From Phoronis australis (Eukaryota > Animalia > Phoronida), in NCBI GenBank assembly GCA_002633005.1, contig NMRA01000287.1, positions 488,317 through 552,316 on the forward strand: DNA of 64,000 nucleotides, read 5' to 3'. The position numbers and the translations under genes were made by a program. How positions within the stretch are numbered: the first letter of the stretch is position 1; each line of letters begins with the position of its first letter. The notes below the pieces were generated by a model, which was given only the letters and a program-made list of their open reading frames with translations, searched no databases and was not told the origin of the DNA. This document shows positions 38,962 through 51,903 of this stretch, piece after piece.

Positions 38962-40114
38962 GTAACGTTTGAGGCCCCACTTTTGACGTTCAATTTGAAA
39001 TTCATTGTTACTAATTTGGACACGTAGTGAAGTAATTGTAATGGGACTCGATGTAAACTGCTAGTAGTTTTCTGAAATTATTCATTCGCAGAGTTCAAAC
39101 CTGTAACTAAACAGCATTTGCCATAGACTAGAACCAGGTCAAAACTAACAGTATATGATTTGCACACTTTTGCAGCATTATTTGTCCAGAGAAATACTTA
39201 ATTAGCAATTTATTAATACTACTTAAGAATTTACACATTCTTAGTATATATACATGTACACGGATAGACAACAACAAAGAAACAGTTACTAAATCAATGT
39301 GAGTCAGATGCGCTACGGTTGACTTTAGGTTAAATTTTCTCACTTAACTGAAATGTAAAACGGTCCATATTACCTAAACGTCAACAGTGAAACACTATGA
39401 TACTCTTAAAATAAACAGCCCTACGTGTAGCTGATATCGCAATCAAAACAGAGACACCCAAAAACGGAACAACATGGCCGCCGTACAACACCCTTACAAA
39501 CAAAGTCATCCGAAACTGATTGGATTTCATGATAAAATCTACAAAGCACAACAGACTGGACTCGAATTTTTATAAGTTTCCCATATTAATACTAAACAAA
39601 CTGAAACGTAGACAAATTGCAAATCCCAAACTTCAATCCACAACATTTCCGATGCACTGCAGAAACTATGATGCAGTCGAAAGCAGGTCAGGCTCAATAC
39701 CTCTATTTGGTGGAATATACAACCGGTTTAACCAGTTACTAAAACATCGTCTATTTGACATGAGTACCCAAGACAACAACAACGTTATTTCCCATTACTA
39801 ACCCATGGTCTAACGATGACACTCCCGAACACTCAAGCTTCGCAACGCTGATTCGAATCCTGAAAAGTGTAAATTTTTGCACACATTAACAATTTCTAAA
39901 ACACATAAAATATACAACTATCCCCTAACTTTGCTTAAATGAATGACACCAGTGTTGCTTTCATTACTTTGAGCTTTAAACTGGACATTGAAAACATCAT
40001 CAAGATTTATTGGGCACTCTTTATATCAACTTCCCCCTGTTCGCTCTTGGCCATAGTTAATCTCGATGATTCTATGGAATAGATTAGTAAATCAACTTCA
40101 TGCAATTTTTTTAG

Positions 40115-40268
40115 GTTTTTAAAGGAAATTACGACCAAACTACTGTTGTTACACAACAGTTAGAACCAGAGATCACAGCTCGATATCTACGGCTTTATGT
40201 AGAGACTTACCACCGGTATCCTGCTATGAGAATAGAAGTGTACGGTTACAGAACAGGCTTTGAAGCAG
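40115..40268 (+). CDS. F5/8 type C domain 1, exon c
   Basis: VFKGNYDQTTVV..ITARYLRL..AMRIEVYG; phase 0 to 1. Confidence 0.93.
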
Positions 40269-40784
40269 GTAGCCACTTGGCTTGTAGCCGTTCTAACCTG
40301 TAACGTAGGAAATGCATCACACGTAGTTTCCGTCTCATCTTCTAGACGAGACAGTGCACTGCATTTGCAGTTTTAATTTTGAACTACATTCTTCCGAATA
40401 TTCATATGAATAATTTCCTCTTCACATTGGACTCTGCTTTGGTTTATTTAAAAAATGTCACTGTTTAAACTTACATTTTCTTTTTAATTACAAAAATTAT
40501 TGTGGTTTGTCTTTTGGGTTATTTAAATACCCTTTACGGTGCGGCTATTTATTTGAAAAAACTCCAGGTTCCATACCAGGCAATGTAGCTCTCTTCAGCA
40601 TCTCAAAATTCTTACTTCTAACACTGGCGTCACAAAACACGTTGAATTAAAAACTGATATTACCGTCGAGATAATAAATCTGTTTTCGAACTAATCATGT
40701 AAAAACATGGTGCGTTCACGAGAAGTTACTATGTACATGTAATAGCACACTGATTGGCTAAGGTATCACGTTTTCATTTCTCAG

Positions 40785-40990
40785 TGAAAGGTGGTGTTTC
40801 TGCTCTCGGAGTGGAAGATTACACAATTCCTCTCGCCAATTTTTACGCAACTCCCCAGCATGCAAGTTGCACACTAGACGACGTCCGACTCCAATCTCCA
40901 GGTAGCGCCTGCCTCAAGAACACACAGTTTAGTAATTACGTACAAGTCGACTTGGGTCGTCTGTATTATGTCACTAAGACAGCAACGCAG
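40785..40990 (+). CDS. F5/8 type C domain 2, exon a
   Basis: ALGVEDYTIP..YVQVDLGRLYYVTKTATQ; phase 1 to 0. Confidence 0.92.
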
Positions 40991-42519
40991 GTGAGAACAG
41001 GAAGGGTTCCCGTGCAGTAATTAATTAGCATTCATAATGGTTGCGATGTTTACTGTGGAGATGAACAATTGATAATAAATCCCTTAACACCAACTGCAAA
41101 AGCATCCCAGCAGGTTTGGGCAATATCGGTAGATCGACCGGTTTTTAAAAGTTACGCCTTTCGAAATCTTTTGCTGTACGCAGTGTCAATATCCTTGAAA
41201 TCAAGTTGTTTTGGCCTACAAAATTCAATGCAAACAAATGTCAGTTCATTGTTTGTGCTGGCTTCCTGATTATTTCTGATCTGCACGCTCTAAGAAAGAC
41301 CTTTTCTCAGAGCTGGTTTGAGGAGGGATGCGAGCGCATCATATATATTAGGGATGCATCCATTTATCCACACTTTATCCAGAGACACGGTCGGTGCAAC
41401 TGATACCCTCTAACACATCGCCACCAATTCTGAAAAGTGACCTTGTGGAGAACATGATGAACGACGCACTGATTTCCGTGTGCGGGCATCTCTGCGCATG
41501 CCTTGGTCGGAGATATAGTCACCACATCTTCACCACTTGCACACGTCTTTATGTACTGTACTTAAATTTGGGCTTTTAAGCCACTGGGGTGGGGTTCCGT
41601 CGATTTTGTTTACTTCAATCACTACCCGTTTTCAAAAATTTCAATAGTCAAAACAAAGATGGTTGTCATACTACGTAACAGCAAACTAGAAGTTGTGTTT
41701 CCCATATTTCAACCAATAGTAATGACGGAATGTGACGACGTCGGTTTCATTACTCTAACCAATGAGAATCCATGTTAAACAAGATAAGAAAGTGCTACCT
41801 TTCGTATCACTTTGAAACAGTGTATGTTTCTGAGTGCAACATGGTTTCACACAGTGGCGTCGCAGTATGCACATGTTTGATTTATTGCACTCTGAGTTAT
41901 GGGCAAGTCAACATCAAACTCAGCGATGTGCTTTGTGGACGAAACGAAATTAAGCTGAGGGATATGGCAAACGAAGGATCATTGGAATACCGTTATATAC
42001 TCGTGCTATTGAGGCTGTGTGTGATAAAGCGCTTAGATGTCCTGAGTGAAGTCGTGTCAGTGTTCTAGTTGGTTACGGAGTTGTCAGTACTTCACCGAAT
42101 GCCACAGGTGATGGGAAAACATTGCTTTTTGAACTTGTTACAATGTATGCGTGCTTGCGTAGTTCCGATTGGAACCAATTATTCATCGAAATAAGTTCAA
42201 GTATAACAATCGGCCGCAACGAGAAGGGCCCTCTCCGGTGGGACCTTATTTTGTTGTTTTTATATCTAAAAGGTGCCCAGTGGGCTCCACATAACAAGGT
42301 TTCACTCAACAGGTTTGCTGGTTTTGTCCTTAATACCGCCTCGCGCCACCTCCGTCATTCCTACAAAACTTTTTTCTTATCGGTTACAAGAATTCCCATA
42401 GTTCAAGCACTATCCGCATAAAATTAATGGTATTGTCTCGTTTTCGCTTCCATTGCAATCAATATGATCAAGCGATTATTTTTCATGACCATTTTTACCA
42501 AATCTGTGTTTATTTACAG

Positions 42520-42627
42520 GGTCGCAAAAATAGCGCACAGTGGGTGACTCAGTTGAAAATATACACCTCAACCAACGGTATAAGTTTCGAATGTGTCGCT
42601 GAACCCATAAATGGCTCTTGTAATACG
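42520..42627 (+). CDS. F5/8 type C domain 2, exon b
   Basis: GRKNSAQWVTQLKIYTSTNG..; phase 0 to 0. Confidence 0.92.
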
Positions 42628-43386
42628 GTGAGACTTAAACTTGGAACCGTGAGATACAGTGTACATAGCCTGTAATACAGTGTTTCATCTCACATGTGCG
42701 GCTTTTTAAAGGCGTGTTCAAATACGTAATAGACGAATGGGACAGCCATTTCCTACAGAATTCCCAAAAGATTTACACCTTTTAATAGGCGGGTGGCATC
42801 ATTCCCAGAAATCCAACTCAAGCAGAGTTTGAGAGAAATTAGTGCACAGCGGTCCAGTTAGCTTTTATCGTCTAGCCAGTTAATCGACACGTAGTTAACT
42901 GGATTGATGTCAGTAGCATCGTTCTTGAATGTTTTCAGCTTACTGAATATGACTTCCATTTTATTGGAGGCTTCGTTAACAGGAACATTTTCAAATTTGC
43001 CAAAAAATCCCGCTCTCTGAATTTTAATTTTGAATGTAAACTCTAGCTCATTCTAACAAGGCAGTTCTAAAATGCCTACTGTGGGGATCATTTTGGCCAC
43101 AGTGACGAATCATATCGTGCAATCATGCTTCCTGGCTGAGTTCGGAGACGTCAATGTTATTTTCAAATTTCTGAAGAAATTTTATGTTTGTCCAACCGGG
43201 CATGTTTATTTATGGCACGTTTTTACACAGACAAAACTGAAATTGGACACACCTAACGAACTGTGGCTGGTTGATTGTTTATGTTTTTGAAGAAAGTTAA
43301 GTAAGGTGACCTTCATGAAGTCGTATTTGTTTATATGTTAAACATGTAAGGTGTTCGCCTTGCTAACAGTGCAAATGGTTGATCAG

Positions 43387-43528
43387 TTCACAGGTAATAC
43401 GAATAGAAACACTGTAGTTTATCAAGTTTTCACCATCGGCGCTGTACTTGCACGCTATGTGCGAATGGAACCCACTGCATATAAATATTACAAATCTCTG
43501 CGCATCGAGGTGTACGGATACAGCGAAG
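43387..43528 (+). CDS. F5/8 type C domain 2, exon c
   Basis: FTGNTNRNTVV..ARYVRMEP..SLRIEVYG; GTAAG donor; phase 0 to 1. Confidence 0.9.
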
Positions 43529-43954
43529 GTAAGACGCGCATTTGATAGGTGAGCAGGGTTGGCATAATTTGTTAATCGACAAATGTGGCCCATGAAGTGA
43601 GCTACTCCTACGCGATGAATTAGTAGACGGATAGCAGGCATCCATTTTCAGTAAAAATTTGGTGCTCCATAAGAATATATCACAATACTTAAAAACCTGT
43701 TATGCAACAGAAGCGCAAACAAGAGCTCAAGTCTGTAACTGGAATCTTTGGAGCTCAGGGAGTTCAAGCTTCCATTGTGGCCGCAGACAAAGTTCAGTGG
43801 GTAATACGCTGGGAGTTTTGTAATACGCTAGGAGTTCGGTAATACGTGCTTTCATTGTGTTTGACGTATTACAGACAACGATGGTAGGCAAACAGCACAG
43901 CAGAGTCTGCACATTCAGTGCCTCATTGTGGAATTTACGTTATTTGAATTTCAG

Positions 43955-44163
43955 ACGCTTATATTGAACGAGCATTTGGTATAAGGACAGGAAAGATACC
44001 AGTGTCTCAAATCTCGGCCACATCAACCCTCGGTACCTGCTCCCTGTCTGGTATACCAATTAACTCTGACAGCTCGTGGTGTTCCTCAACAAACTTCAAT
44101 CCAGATGATGCCGTCACGGTCGACCTCGGAAAAGTGCGAGTGGTCACTAAGACGGCTATGCAG
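43955..44163 (+). CDS. F5/8 type C domain 3, exon a (GC donor)
   Basis: AFGIRTGKIPVSQISATS..VTVDLGKVRVVTKTAMQ; ends CAG|GCAAGT. Confidence 0.9.
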
Positions 44164-44868
44164 GCAAGTAAACATCTCAGTAAACCATGCGCCACCTGTC
44201 GGTGCCCAGGGCCAAGGACCCTCCAGGTTCGGCCTTAAAATCAGTTGTATTAAAGTGTAACAGCAACAAGAAGAAAGGGTTGTTGGTCCATATTTGGACA
44301 ATTAGATCTCTCGTTGAAGGTACAAGATCTCTAGTGTAACCCTTACTCAATGGCTGCTTAGCCGCCCTTCAGGATGGAGAGTTTTTAGCTCTGTTTTCCC
44401 CTCATCAGTCAAGTCACTGCCCCTATACAAGTACGTGTGGCTTCTCGAACTTGATTGATTTTAGAAGAATTTTCAATGTTTCTCCACTGCCTCGGGAAAC
44501 GATTATTCAAACGTTTAAAAACAGTGCGTGTTTTGTATCCAGAAAACGGTACAGTTTTAAATAAAGTAGCAATGCTTGTTGGGGTCAGTCGAGTGAAACA
44601 ACCTGTAGTGACTCAGGCCCACTGCAGACGGTGGCTGAATCAGGCGCAAATACAAAAGGGGTCCCTGTGGTTCTCCTAAGCTTGGTCATTACGTTTTTTT
44701 AAGACAACACTGTTATGGACTTCATTCTCGGGTAATGGATTTGGCAGTTATTGTCTAAAATCAAAGGCTATTTGTTATTATGCACAGCGTATCAACAGTT
44801 ACTGAAAAAATGTATGGAAATAAATGACCATCCACGGAAGCCAAGACAAATATATCTGTCTGACACAG

Positions 44869-44976
44869 GGACTTGAAAATTATGGTCAGTATGTTACGTC
44901 GCTGAAGATTCTTCTGTCGCAAGATGGCACTCGCTACTACTGTCTCAAACCTAATGGAAGCAACAACTGCAAAACG
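44869..44976 (+). CDS. F5/8 type C domain 3, exon b
   Basis: GLENYGQYVTSLKILLSQDG..CKT; 108 nt like domain 2 exon b. Confidence 0.92.
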
Positions 44977-45589
44977 GTAAGCAATGTCCAATCAATAGAA
45001 TGACGCGGTAAGTTTTATTAAGAAGTGCCAGGAATTAAGGGACAAACATCTATTCTAAAACCAAGCCGTCCAAGAAGTCGGCCACGACCACATTGTAATT
45101 TAATATAGGAGCTATAACAATCCACGAATTCGTTTGATTTTCTGATGAAGCAACAAACTGAAACGAAATTTTGACTGGAAGTGGTCAAAATTAAGAAATT
45201 GTTTTTGTAAAGGAAGACAGGGTTATATTTTGCCGCTCAAATTGCAACAGTTCTGTTTTATCAGATTGCAAATAAACTATTTTGAGTCGGACTCTTACTC
45301 AAAAGTCAGTGACAGGAGACAAACGACCTTATTTACTGCTTTCGCCAGTCATATACAGTGTACCATAATTGCCTACAAGCTAGCCGTTCTAATTTCTGTC
45401 AGTCGTGGCAGCCATTTCGAGTTAAGCTGACCAATCATAAGCTCATAAGCTCAAGACAAGACTCTGGTGAACAGCTAGTGTGCTTACGTGCACGTGCTTT
45501 GTAACGCATGACAAAATCTCTTGATTTTGTGACTTTGCTACTTTCTTTCTGCATGTATTTTTTGTTCACACGCATTTCTTTCGTTTTAG

Positions 45590-45731
45590 TTCACTGGCAA
45601 TAGGAATGATGCCGACGTAGCCTACCAGACTTTCGACATCCCACAGGTGGCGCGTTATGTGCGTTTCCAGCCGATTGGCTATCATGGTCAAAAGGCGATG
45701 AGGATCGAAATATTTGGATTTGACACTTTCA
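45590..45731 (+). CDS. F5/8 type C domain 3, exon c
   Basis: FTGNRND..VARYVRFQP..AMRIEIFG; GTGAGT donor. Confidence 0.92.
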
Positions 45732-46419
45732 GTGAGTGTTGTCTGCAACAAATGAACAATTTCACTGCAGCGGCATTTGTCATGCGATGTTTTATTCTTA
45801 CAAATAATAACCTCTGTCTCATTAATGTAAGTTGAATATGGTTGTTTAGTAATAGGACATTCACCACCAAAGATGACAACGTGTTCCTTCAGGTCTGATT
45901 CGCTTAAAGTGACTTAAGTGCTAAGTATTCCAGACAGATAACTAATCATCACTTGAACAAAGTGCTCAGTCTAAGAATATTGAAAGGGAACTGTACTAGC
46001 CTATATAAGGCCAACTGTAAATCCATAATGGAAACTGGTGTTTACTGTATTGCATCAGTTTCAGCTTACAAACAGAGTAATAGTCTTATTTAGACTTCCA
46101 ATCAGTTGGCTTGAAGGAATATGAATGGCTGTTCTCATTGTATTGACTTCCTTATTTTGGATAAGTGTGTTGCTTACTTTCACAAAATGTTCCAGAGAAA
46201 CCGTGTGATTGTTCTTATCTTTGATCATAGTGTAGGCATAGCCAACTATCTGGAGTCAAACAACTTTTTAACGCCCTAAATGTCATGTAAGCAGCGTCAT
46301 ACTGTGTATTGTGAGAGATGACAGTCTTTGTGCTTTTGTTGTGGGAATGTTTGCACTCGACTGGTGAAGAAATTACTGTGAAGTCTACGATACTATCTAA
46401 TTGAATATTTGTGCCACAG

Positions 46420-46572
46420 AACTGCCACTTTTGGAGGGAAAAGTGAGTTTCACCGGAAGTTCAGCCTTTGAGGTGGGTTACGACTTGCCGTTCCAGGCTC
46501 ACGATTATTCGCTCTCATTGATCTTCCAAACAACATCACAGCGTACTGTGTTCCTGTCTAGACAAACTGCAG
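46420..46572 (+). CDS. LamG/pentraxin-like domain, exon 1
   Basis: VSFTGSSAFEV..DYSLSLIFQTTS..VFLSR; phase 1 to 1. Confidence 0.85.
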
Positions 46573-47012
46573 GTACATTACATTGTAAGCAAAATATGTG
46601 ACCGTTTATGGTGTTAGGCAAATTTCATGGGTGTCGTGTACATGTCAGTTATAGGTCATACAGTACATGTAGGTGTCATTCACACGTAGTTTATAGGTCA
46701 TTTGCAAGAGGACTGTAGGCCATGGGTGTCACTAACAGTACCCTCTATACAGTGTATTCTAGGCCATAAGAGCAATTTACACCGCGGAATTGCTCGTCAG
46801 TGTGAACAAAACCAAACCTTAGAAAATGTCAAGACCCAACCAGTTCTTGTTCAGCTCGCTGTGTTACTCATACCAATGGGATTTGCTACGGAGAAAACTT
46901 GTAGCATGTTCATCCCCACCTAGAAAACGCACGTCGATGTTCGCAAACTGATTTTGATATTTTAAAAGTGTTATTCATTGAATTTATATGACTTTCAACG
47001 TTTTGCAAACAG

Positions 47013-47099
47013 CTGGAGGTTCGTGGACCCACCAAGCCAAACAGTTTGGTCTTAAAAACGGGAAGCTATACCATGAAGCTGAAGGGGTGGGTTCGGTGG
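47013..47099 (+). CDS. LamG-like domain, exon 2
   Basis: GGSWTHQAKQFGLKNGKLYHEAEGVGSV; AG/GTAAGT, phase 1 to 1. Confidence 0.85.
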
Positions 47100-47276
47100 G
47101 TAAGTGGTATACCTATTGTTAGCGTTTGTTCCACGTGCTAAGACGAATTTACTTCATGCATTTTCATATATCTAGTCAATTGTTTAATATGTATGTGTGG
47201 GGCAGGAGGAATTATATTCCACCATATACTTGTCGTCAGCTATACATTTCAGTGTTCTATTTGCACGACGTTTCAG

Positions 47277-47346
47277 AGGGCCAGACTCCTGTCGCTGACG
47301 GGTGTGAGCACCACGCTGTTTTTACATTCGATGCTGCCACTAGCAG
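47277..47346 (+). CDS. LamG-like domain, exon 3
   Basis: VADGCEHHAVFTFD (variant of DGxWHHV); phase 1 to 2. Confidence 0.85.
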
Positions 47347-48983
47347 GTAATCACAAGTACAACTTGGAAATGTATGAGCAGCTCACTCTGGGCAATTATA
47401 AGCTTACTGTTGCTCAAGCCTACACGTAGTTTCCATCGACTTAACACTGCAACAGTTGTGTGGTCACCTGCATGCTGGCATTCACCAATTAGAGTTCTTC
47501 CGTTAAATGTTCAGGGTTTTGCCGGTTTCGGAAACATACAGGAAGCAAAACCCTGAGTGAGTGAAGTGATTATTGACGCATATGTTGTTAGTTCGCTCAA
47601 AGACAACGCAAAAGTCCCTATCAAGTGATTATATTCGCCAGCACAATAAACGCAAACGGTCTACCAACATGGACGCTCTGGAACGCTCCTCCAGCTAGTG
47701 GGGAGAGGTGAAACACCAGAGACGCCTGGCGGCTAATACAAAGCTTAACACCAACATATGTTACAAAACGGTAGATTTTGTCGTATTTTCGTTTTTCCAT
47801 ACTCACGTTCATGAATTCCGGCATTATCTTGATTTTGTATATAGGTTGAATATGACAAATCAAATCATCTGCATCTCCCATGTCGAACACGATCAGAGCT
47901 GTTTCAACTTATATTTTACGAAAAATAACTAGATTTTCGAAGGCTGCTAGTTTACAATTTAGCATTGTCAAAAAAATTCTTTACCGACCCGTGCTCAATC
48001 TTGCAGGCCATTTAAATGGCCGGCATTGGCTGACAAGCAAAGCCGACATACGGGTAATAAAAACACCCTCATAGAGTCCAAACAACCCCGCGGTATTCAC
48101 GATGCGGTGGTATTAATGTATTATTAAGTTCTGTTTTCTTCATTTACTCACCATTTCAAAGAAATCAGCGTGTTATTTCCCAATAGAGCCTCATGCAAGG
48201 TCGGTTTATTTACTCTACCTACATGGTATTCTCCACCACCATCCACTCCAAACCATGTGTCACAGTAATAAGACTTTCAATCAATGTCGTCTATAACTTG
48301 CCATAACAAATGAAAACAAAGTGGCGAGCAAAAAACAGATTTTTTTTAAATTTGAAACTAAAATATAATGCTTTGATATTTACAGAAATCAAACATCTAC
48401 TTACAAACCCTAAAAATACCGGGTGAGCAGGTTGAATTCTGTTTCCGGTGTCAAATAATCACTTTCAAAATAGCAATTTAGTCTGTTTATCGTGTTCCAG
48501 GCCTTTTTAATCTTGCGCATAACTAATGATTAAACTAACCTACTGCAAAGTATACAACTTTGTCTTCCTAAAACGGCTTTGAGGTGGTGATGTAACTTCC
48601 CATTTAAAATCTAATGGTGCATTTACAAACACATTGGCAATATAAATAGGGTAGATTTTGATGTAAATAGACAACTTGATTGAAAAATGATGTGCAAATG
48701 TGGACCAACCCCTAGCGTGCTAGCAGGGCCAAGGGTGAGCAAATTGCCCGAGACTAAATACCTCCAAAGAATCGGTCATTAATTGATTTTATACGACCAA
48801 TGGCGCTTCTATACACTTATCTTTCGTCTCCTACGAAGGTTCGAGTTTGGTGACATTGGGCTATATCGGAAAATTTAGTACCGTGTCTTTGCCAATAGAG
48901 GACACGAGTATCGGTGGTTGCGTAATGTTACAGCTTAAACTAGTCGTTAAGATCCGTGAATTTCAACCAAGCTGTTTTTTCAG

Positions 48984-49081
48984 GTTTACATTTTACTTGG
49001 ATGGTGAACTTGAACAAAATAACCAATCAGATCCAGCGCCCACCATGAGTAGTGACAATACAGCCCACAAGGTGTACTTAG
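48984..49081 (+). CDS. LamG-like domain, exon 4
   Basis: FTFYLDGELE..KVYLG; phase 2 to 1. Confidence 0.88.
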
Positions 49082-49758
49082 GTAAGACACTGAGGTAAAA
49101 TATGTCAACTTGATTCCGGAACACCAGTTGCGCAAAAAAATGAGCAAATTAACCAAACCGAAGAGAGCATTCGTCCGCTGTGTTGTTTTTTTGTTTGAGG
49201 TACTTGCTAACAACACATGTCAGTTAATGTGTAAATTCAGGGTACACTTGCTAGATATGGTCACTATAGATACAGTGTAGTTGGTCCACTAAAGGCTATC
49301 AGTGCCATGGAGTGTTTGTGATCCTATATTCACAATGCTATTCAACGCGTCGACTACACGATGAGGATCTAAATATATTCTCATTGATGAAAGCAAAGAG
49401 TCTGCATATCCAGTAAACGAGCGTCAATATAAACGATTCAGATGCCGTTCCAGCATTATTGAAAAGTCGTGAGGGCCCAACAGTATGTTTACAAATTAAG
49501 CCTAGCGTTAGATACATTCATGGGGATAAGTTTAAATGATTGAGCAAATATGAGTTGAGAAGGGTCTGTTGGTTCGTAAAAATAAGATGTGTAGAGTTCC
49601 TATCATTCATTCTGTTGAGAAAAGAATCAAATATAGTTGAACATTAAAATCACTGGATACTCCATGATTGAAATGCTAAGATCTTTGAGACAATGGATTT
49701 GTAGCGTTAGTGTACCTCTGCTCTGCCATTTTGTATATGTAATTGTAAATGTTCACAG

Positions 49759-49857
49759 GCAATGCTGCAAGTCTATACATGGTGGGTGAAATCCGCCAGG
49801 TGGTGTATTTCGACTATGTTTTGAGCCCGGTGCAGGCTAAAAAGGAATGGAACAAAG
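49759..49857 (+). CDS. LamG-like domain, exon 5
   Basis: YMVGEIRQVVYFDYVLSPVQAK (G.I..V..Y..LS..E pattern); phase 1 to 1. Confidence 0.85.
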
Positions 49858-50067
49858 GTATACTCGTTGCAGTAAGGACCGAGTCTTATTTTGCTTTGAT
49901 GGTTTTAAAAATTAAACCACCAAACTTTACTTACAAGCCAGCACCTGAAAACGACATGAGAGGTGACAGTTTACTCAAAGCGTGACACGCACCGGTTTCC
50001 TAATGGATCCGGAGTTTAACCTCGAGTAAACTTTAGCGAGCACTTCCCTTGGAGTTGTTTTGTTTTT

Positions 50068-50425
50068 GACATTCACTGGTTAAATGTAGCGCGTTGTCTG
50101 TATAGCCATTCACTGGTATGTGTAGTGCATTGTCTGTTTGCCATTCACTGCATATATGTAGTGCATTGTCAGTATAGCTATTCACTGGTATATGTACTGC
50201 ATTGTCTGTATAGCCATTCACCGGTTATATCTAGTGCATTGTCTGTATTGCCATTCACCGGTTATATCTAGTGCATTGTCTGTATAGCCATTCACCGCTT
50301 ATATCTAGTGCATTGTCTGTGTAACCATTCACCGGTTATATCTAGTGCGTTGTCTGTATAGCCATTCACCTGTTATATCTAGTGCATTGTCTGTATAGCC
50401 ATTCACTAGTTACAGGTAGTGCATC
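50068..50425. repeat. 37-bp minisatellite, ~9.5 copies (intronic)
   Basis: Unit AGTGCATTGTCTGTATAGCCATTCACCGGTTATATCT. Confidence 0.95.
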
Positions 50426-51448
50426 CATTGCGTTATTTCGAACATTCTGTTATTTCCTTCGATTCAATTCTTTCCTTCGCGCGCAAATAAACTTCAGTCA
50501 AACAGCAAGGCACGTGGCTTTCTATTGGGAATGATTTGTTTCATTACTGAAAGTCGGACATAGGCACATAATTATCACCACTAAAAGGAAATTTGAAGCT
50601 AGGAAGATGTCCGATGTGTTACAAAAGGTGTGATACATGTCCCACGTGACAGCATGTGATACATGTCCCACGTGACATCATTCAGTAACACAATGATGAC
50701 GTCGACAAAGCAAAATGAGAACATAAAGCGACATTTAAGTAATAAGAAAAATATTAAACGATTTGTTTTCTTGTAGACCATGGGGAGTAATCGATAATTC
50801 ACACGTTTAAAAGTGTGGTCATTTTTAATTTAGTATCAGAGATGTCACCTTTCGGTAGGCGCTGGTTTTTATTAATCGTTTCAAATGGATTCTAGGACAG
50901 TTCGATAAAATGTACATGCATCATGTTGACAAAATAAATAATCTCAATTGAGTTTTACAAGTTCAGCAAGACATTGCAAAAATGTTGAAAGTCCTCTAGA
51001 ATTCCGTAGCTGTGTGACAATCCTTTGAATTCTTTGTAAATTTTCACCTCCCAAATTAACCCTTTTGCGAGAACATTTTGTCAAAAACAATATTTTGAAT
51101 TGGCATTTTGTCGAAAAGTGTGTGAGACGCTATTGTATGTGGTCATAAGCCTTACAAAATTGCTGCAGACCACATGCAATCCCTCAGTCTTTGTTTGCCA
51201 ATGGGAGCTACTGTAGCTGAGCTGTATTTCAGGCCATCTCTCTGTTTGGTATCTACACCGGAGGTGGCAGCACAGGCACCAGATATGTCAAGCTGCGTAA
51301 ATGTTGCGAGTAGAGTTTTTGCAAGATGAGAGTTTTACTTAGTTTGGACAAGGAAACACTGGTTTGCGTCTGTGTGTTGTAACTGCTCAACAGAACTAGT
51401 TTTCTTAAAAGTGACACTTATTATGTGACGTCACCATTTTCATTGCAG

Positions 51449-51903
51449 AATGGAGTACTTATCAAACGCTGCCCAAGGTTTTTGGCGGAAAAACTGCTCC
51501 AACAACATTTAGAACTAAGAGCGGCGTCCGATACATGGCTGTCACTGATGACAGTGTTAAACAGTCACCGACCATTTTCAAGTGGAATCAGACAGCCAGG
51601 CGATTTGACTTCTTAGAAACTCTGCCCAACCATGGCAACGGATATGCAACATTTTTTGAAGCTGGCGATCAGTTATATTATGTGACGCCCCAGTTCAACA
51701 ACTCGTCAGTGATTTATAAACTTGGCACCGATGGTCGTTTCAATGAGCATGCGCAACTGAATGCAAGCGAGTGCATAATGTGGCGGTCGTTCCACCGTGA
51801 TGGTTATTTGTATCTAGCTCAGTTGATTAGTCGCATTAATGAGTTTGGTGACAGTATTGTACGTACGAGCGAGGGAACTCTAAATCTATACAAATGGACC
51901 TGA
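51449..51903 (+). CDS. Terminal exon encoding ~3 EAR/EPTP repeats
   Basis: TTGCAG acceptor in phase 1, open to TGA; YQTLP..TIFKW..FDFLETLP..SVIYKL..F.EHAQL..WRSF..YLYLA..LYKWT. Confidence 0.85.

Noticed and set aside
45142-45170. Third hammerhead (CTGATGA..GAAAC)
   Set aside because: Only a 2-bp stem II and no convincing stem III or cleavage triplet.
50068-50425. 37-bp repeat as a CRISPR array or coding repeat
   Set aside because: Head-to-tail with no spacers, and intronic; the overlapping ORF is a by-product of the repeat.
51233-51296. Extra coding exon using the TTTCAG acceptor
   Set aside because: Phase-incompatible with the flanking exons.
38538-51903. Assigning a known gene symbol (TSPEAR, CNTNAP/neurexin IV, MFGE8, neuropilin)
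   Set aside because: Domains are shared individually but their order and number match none of these.
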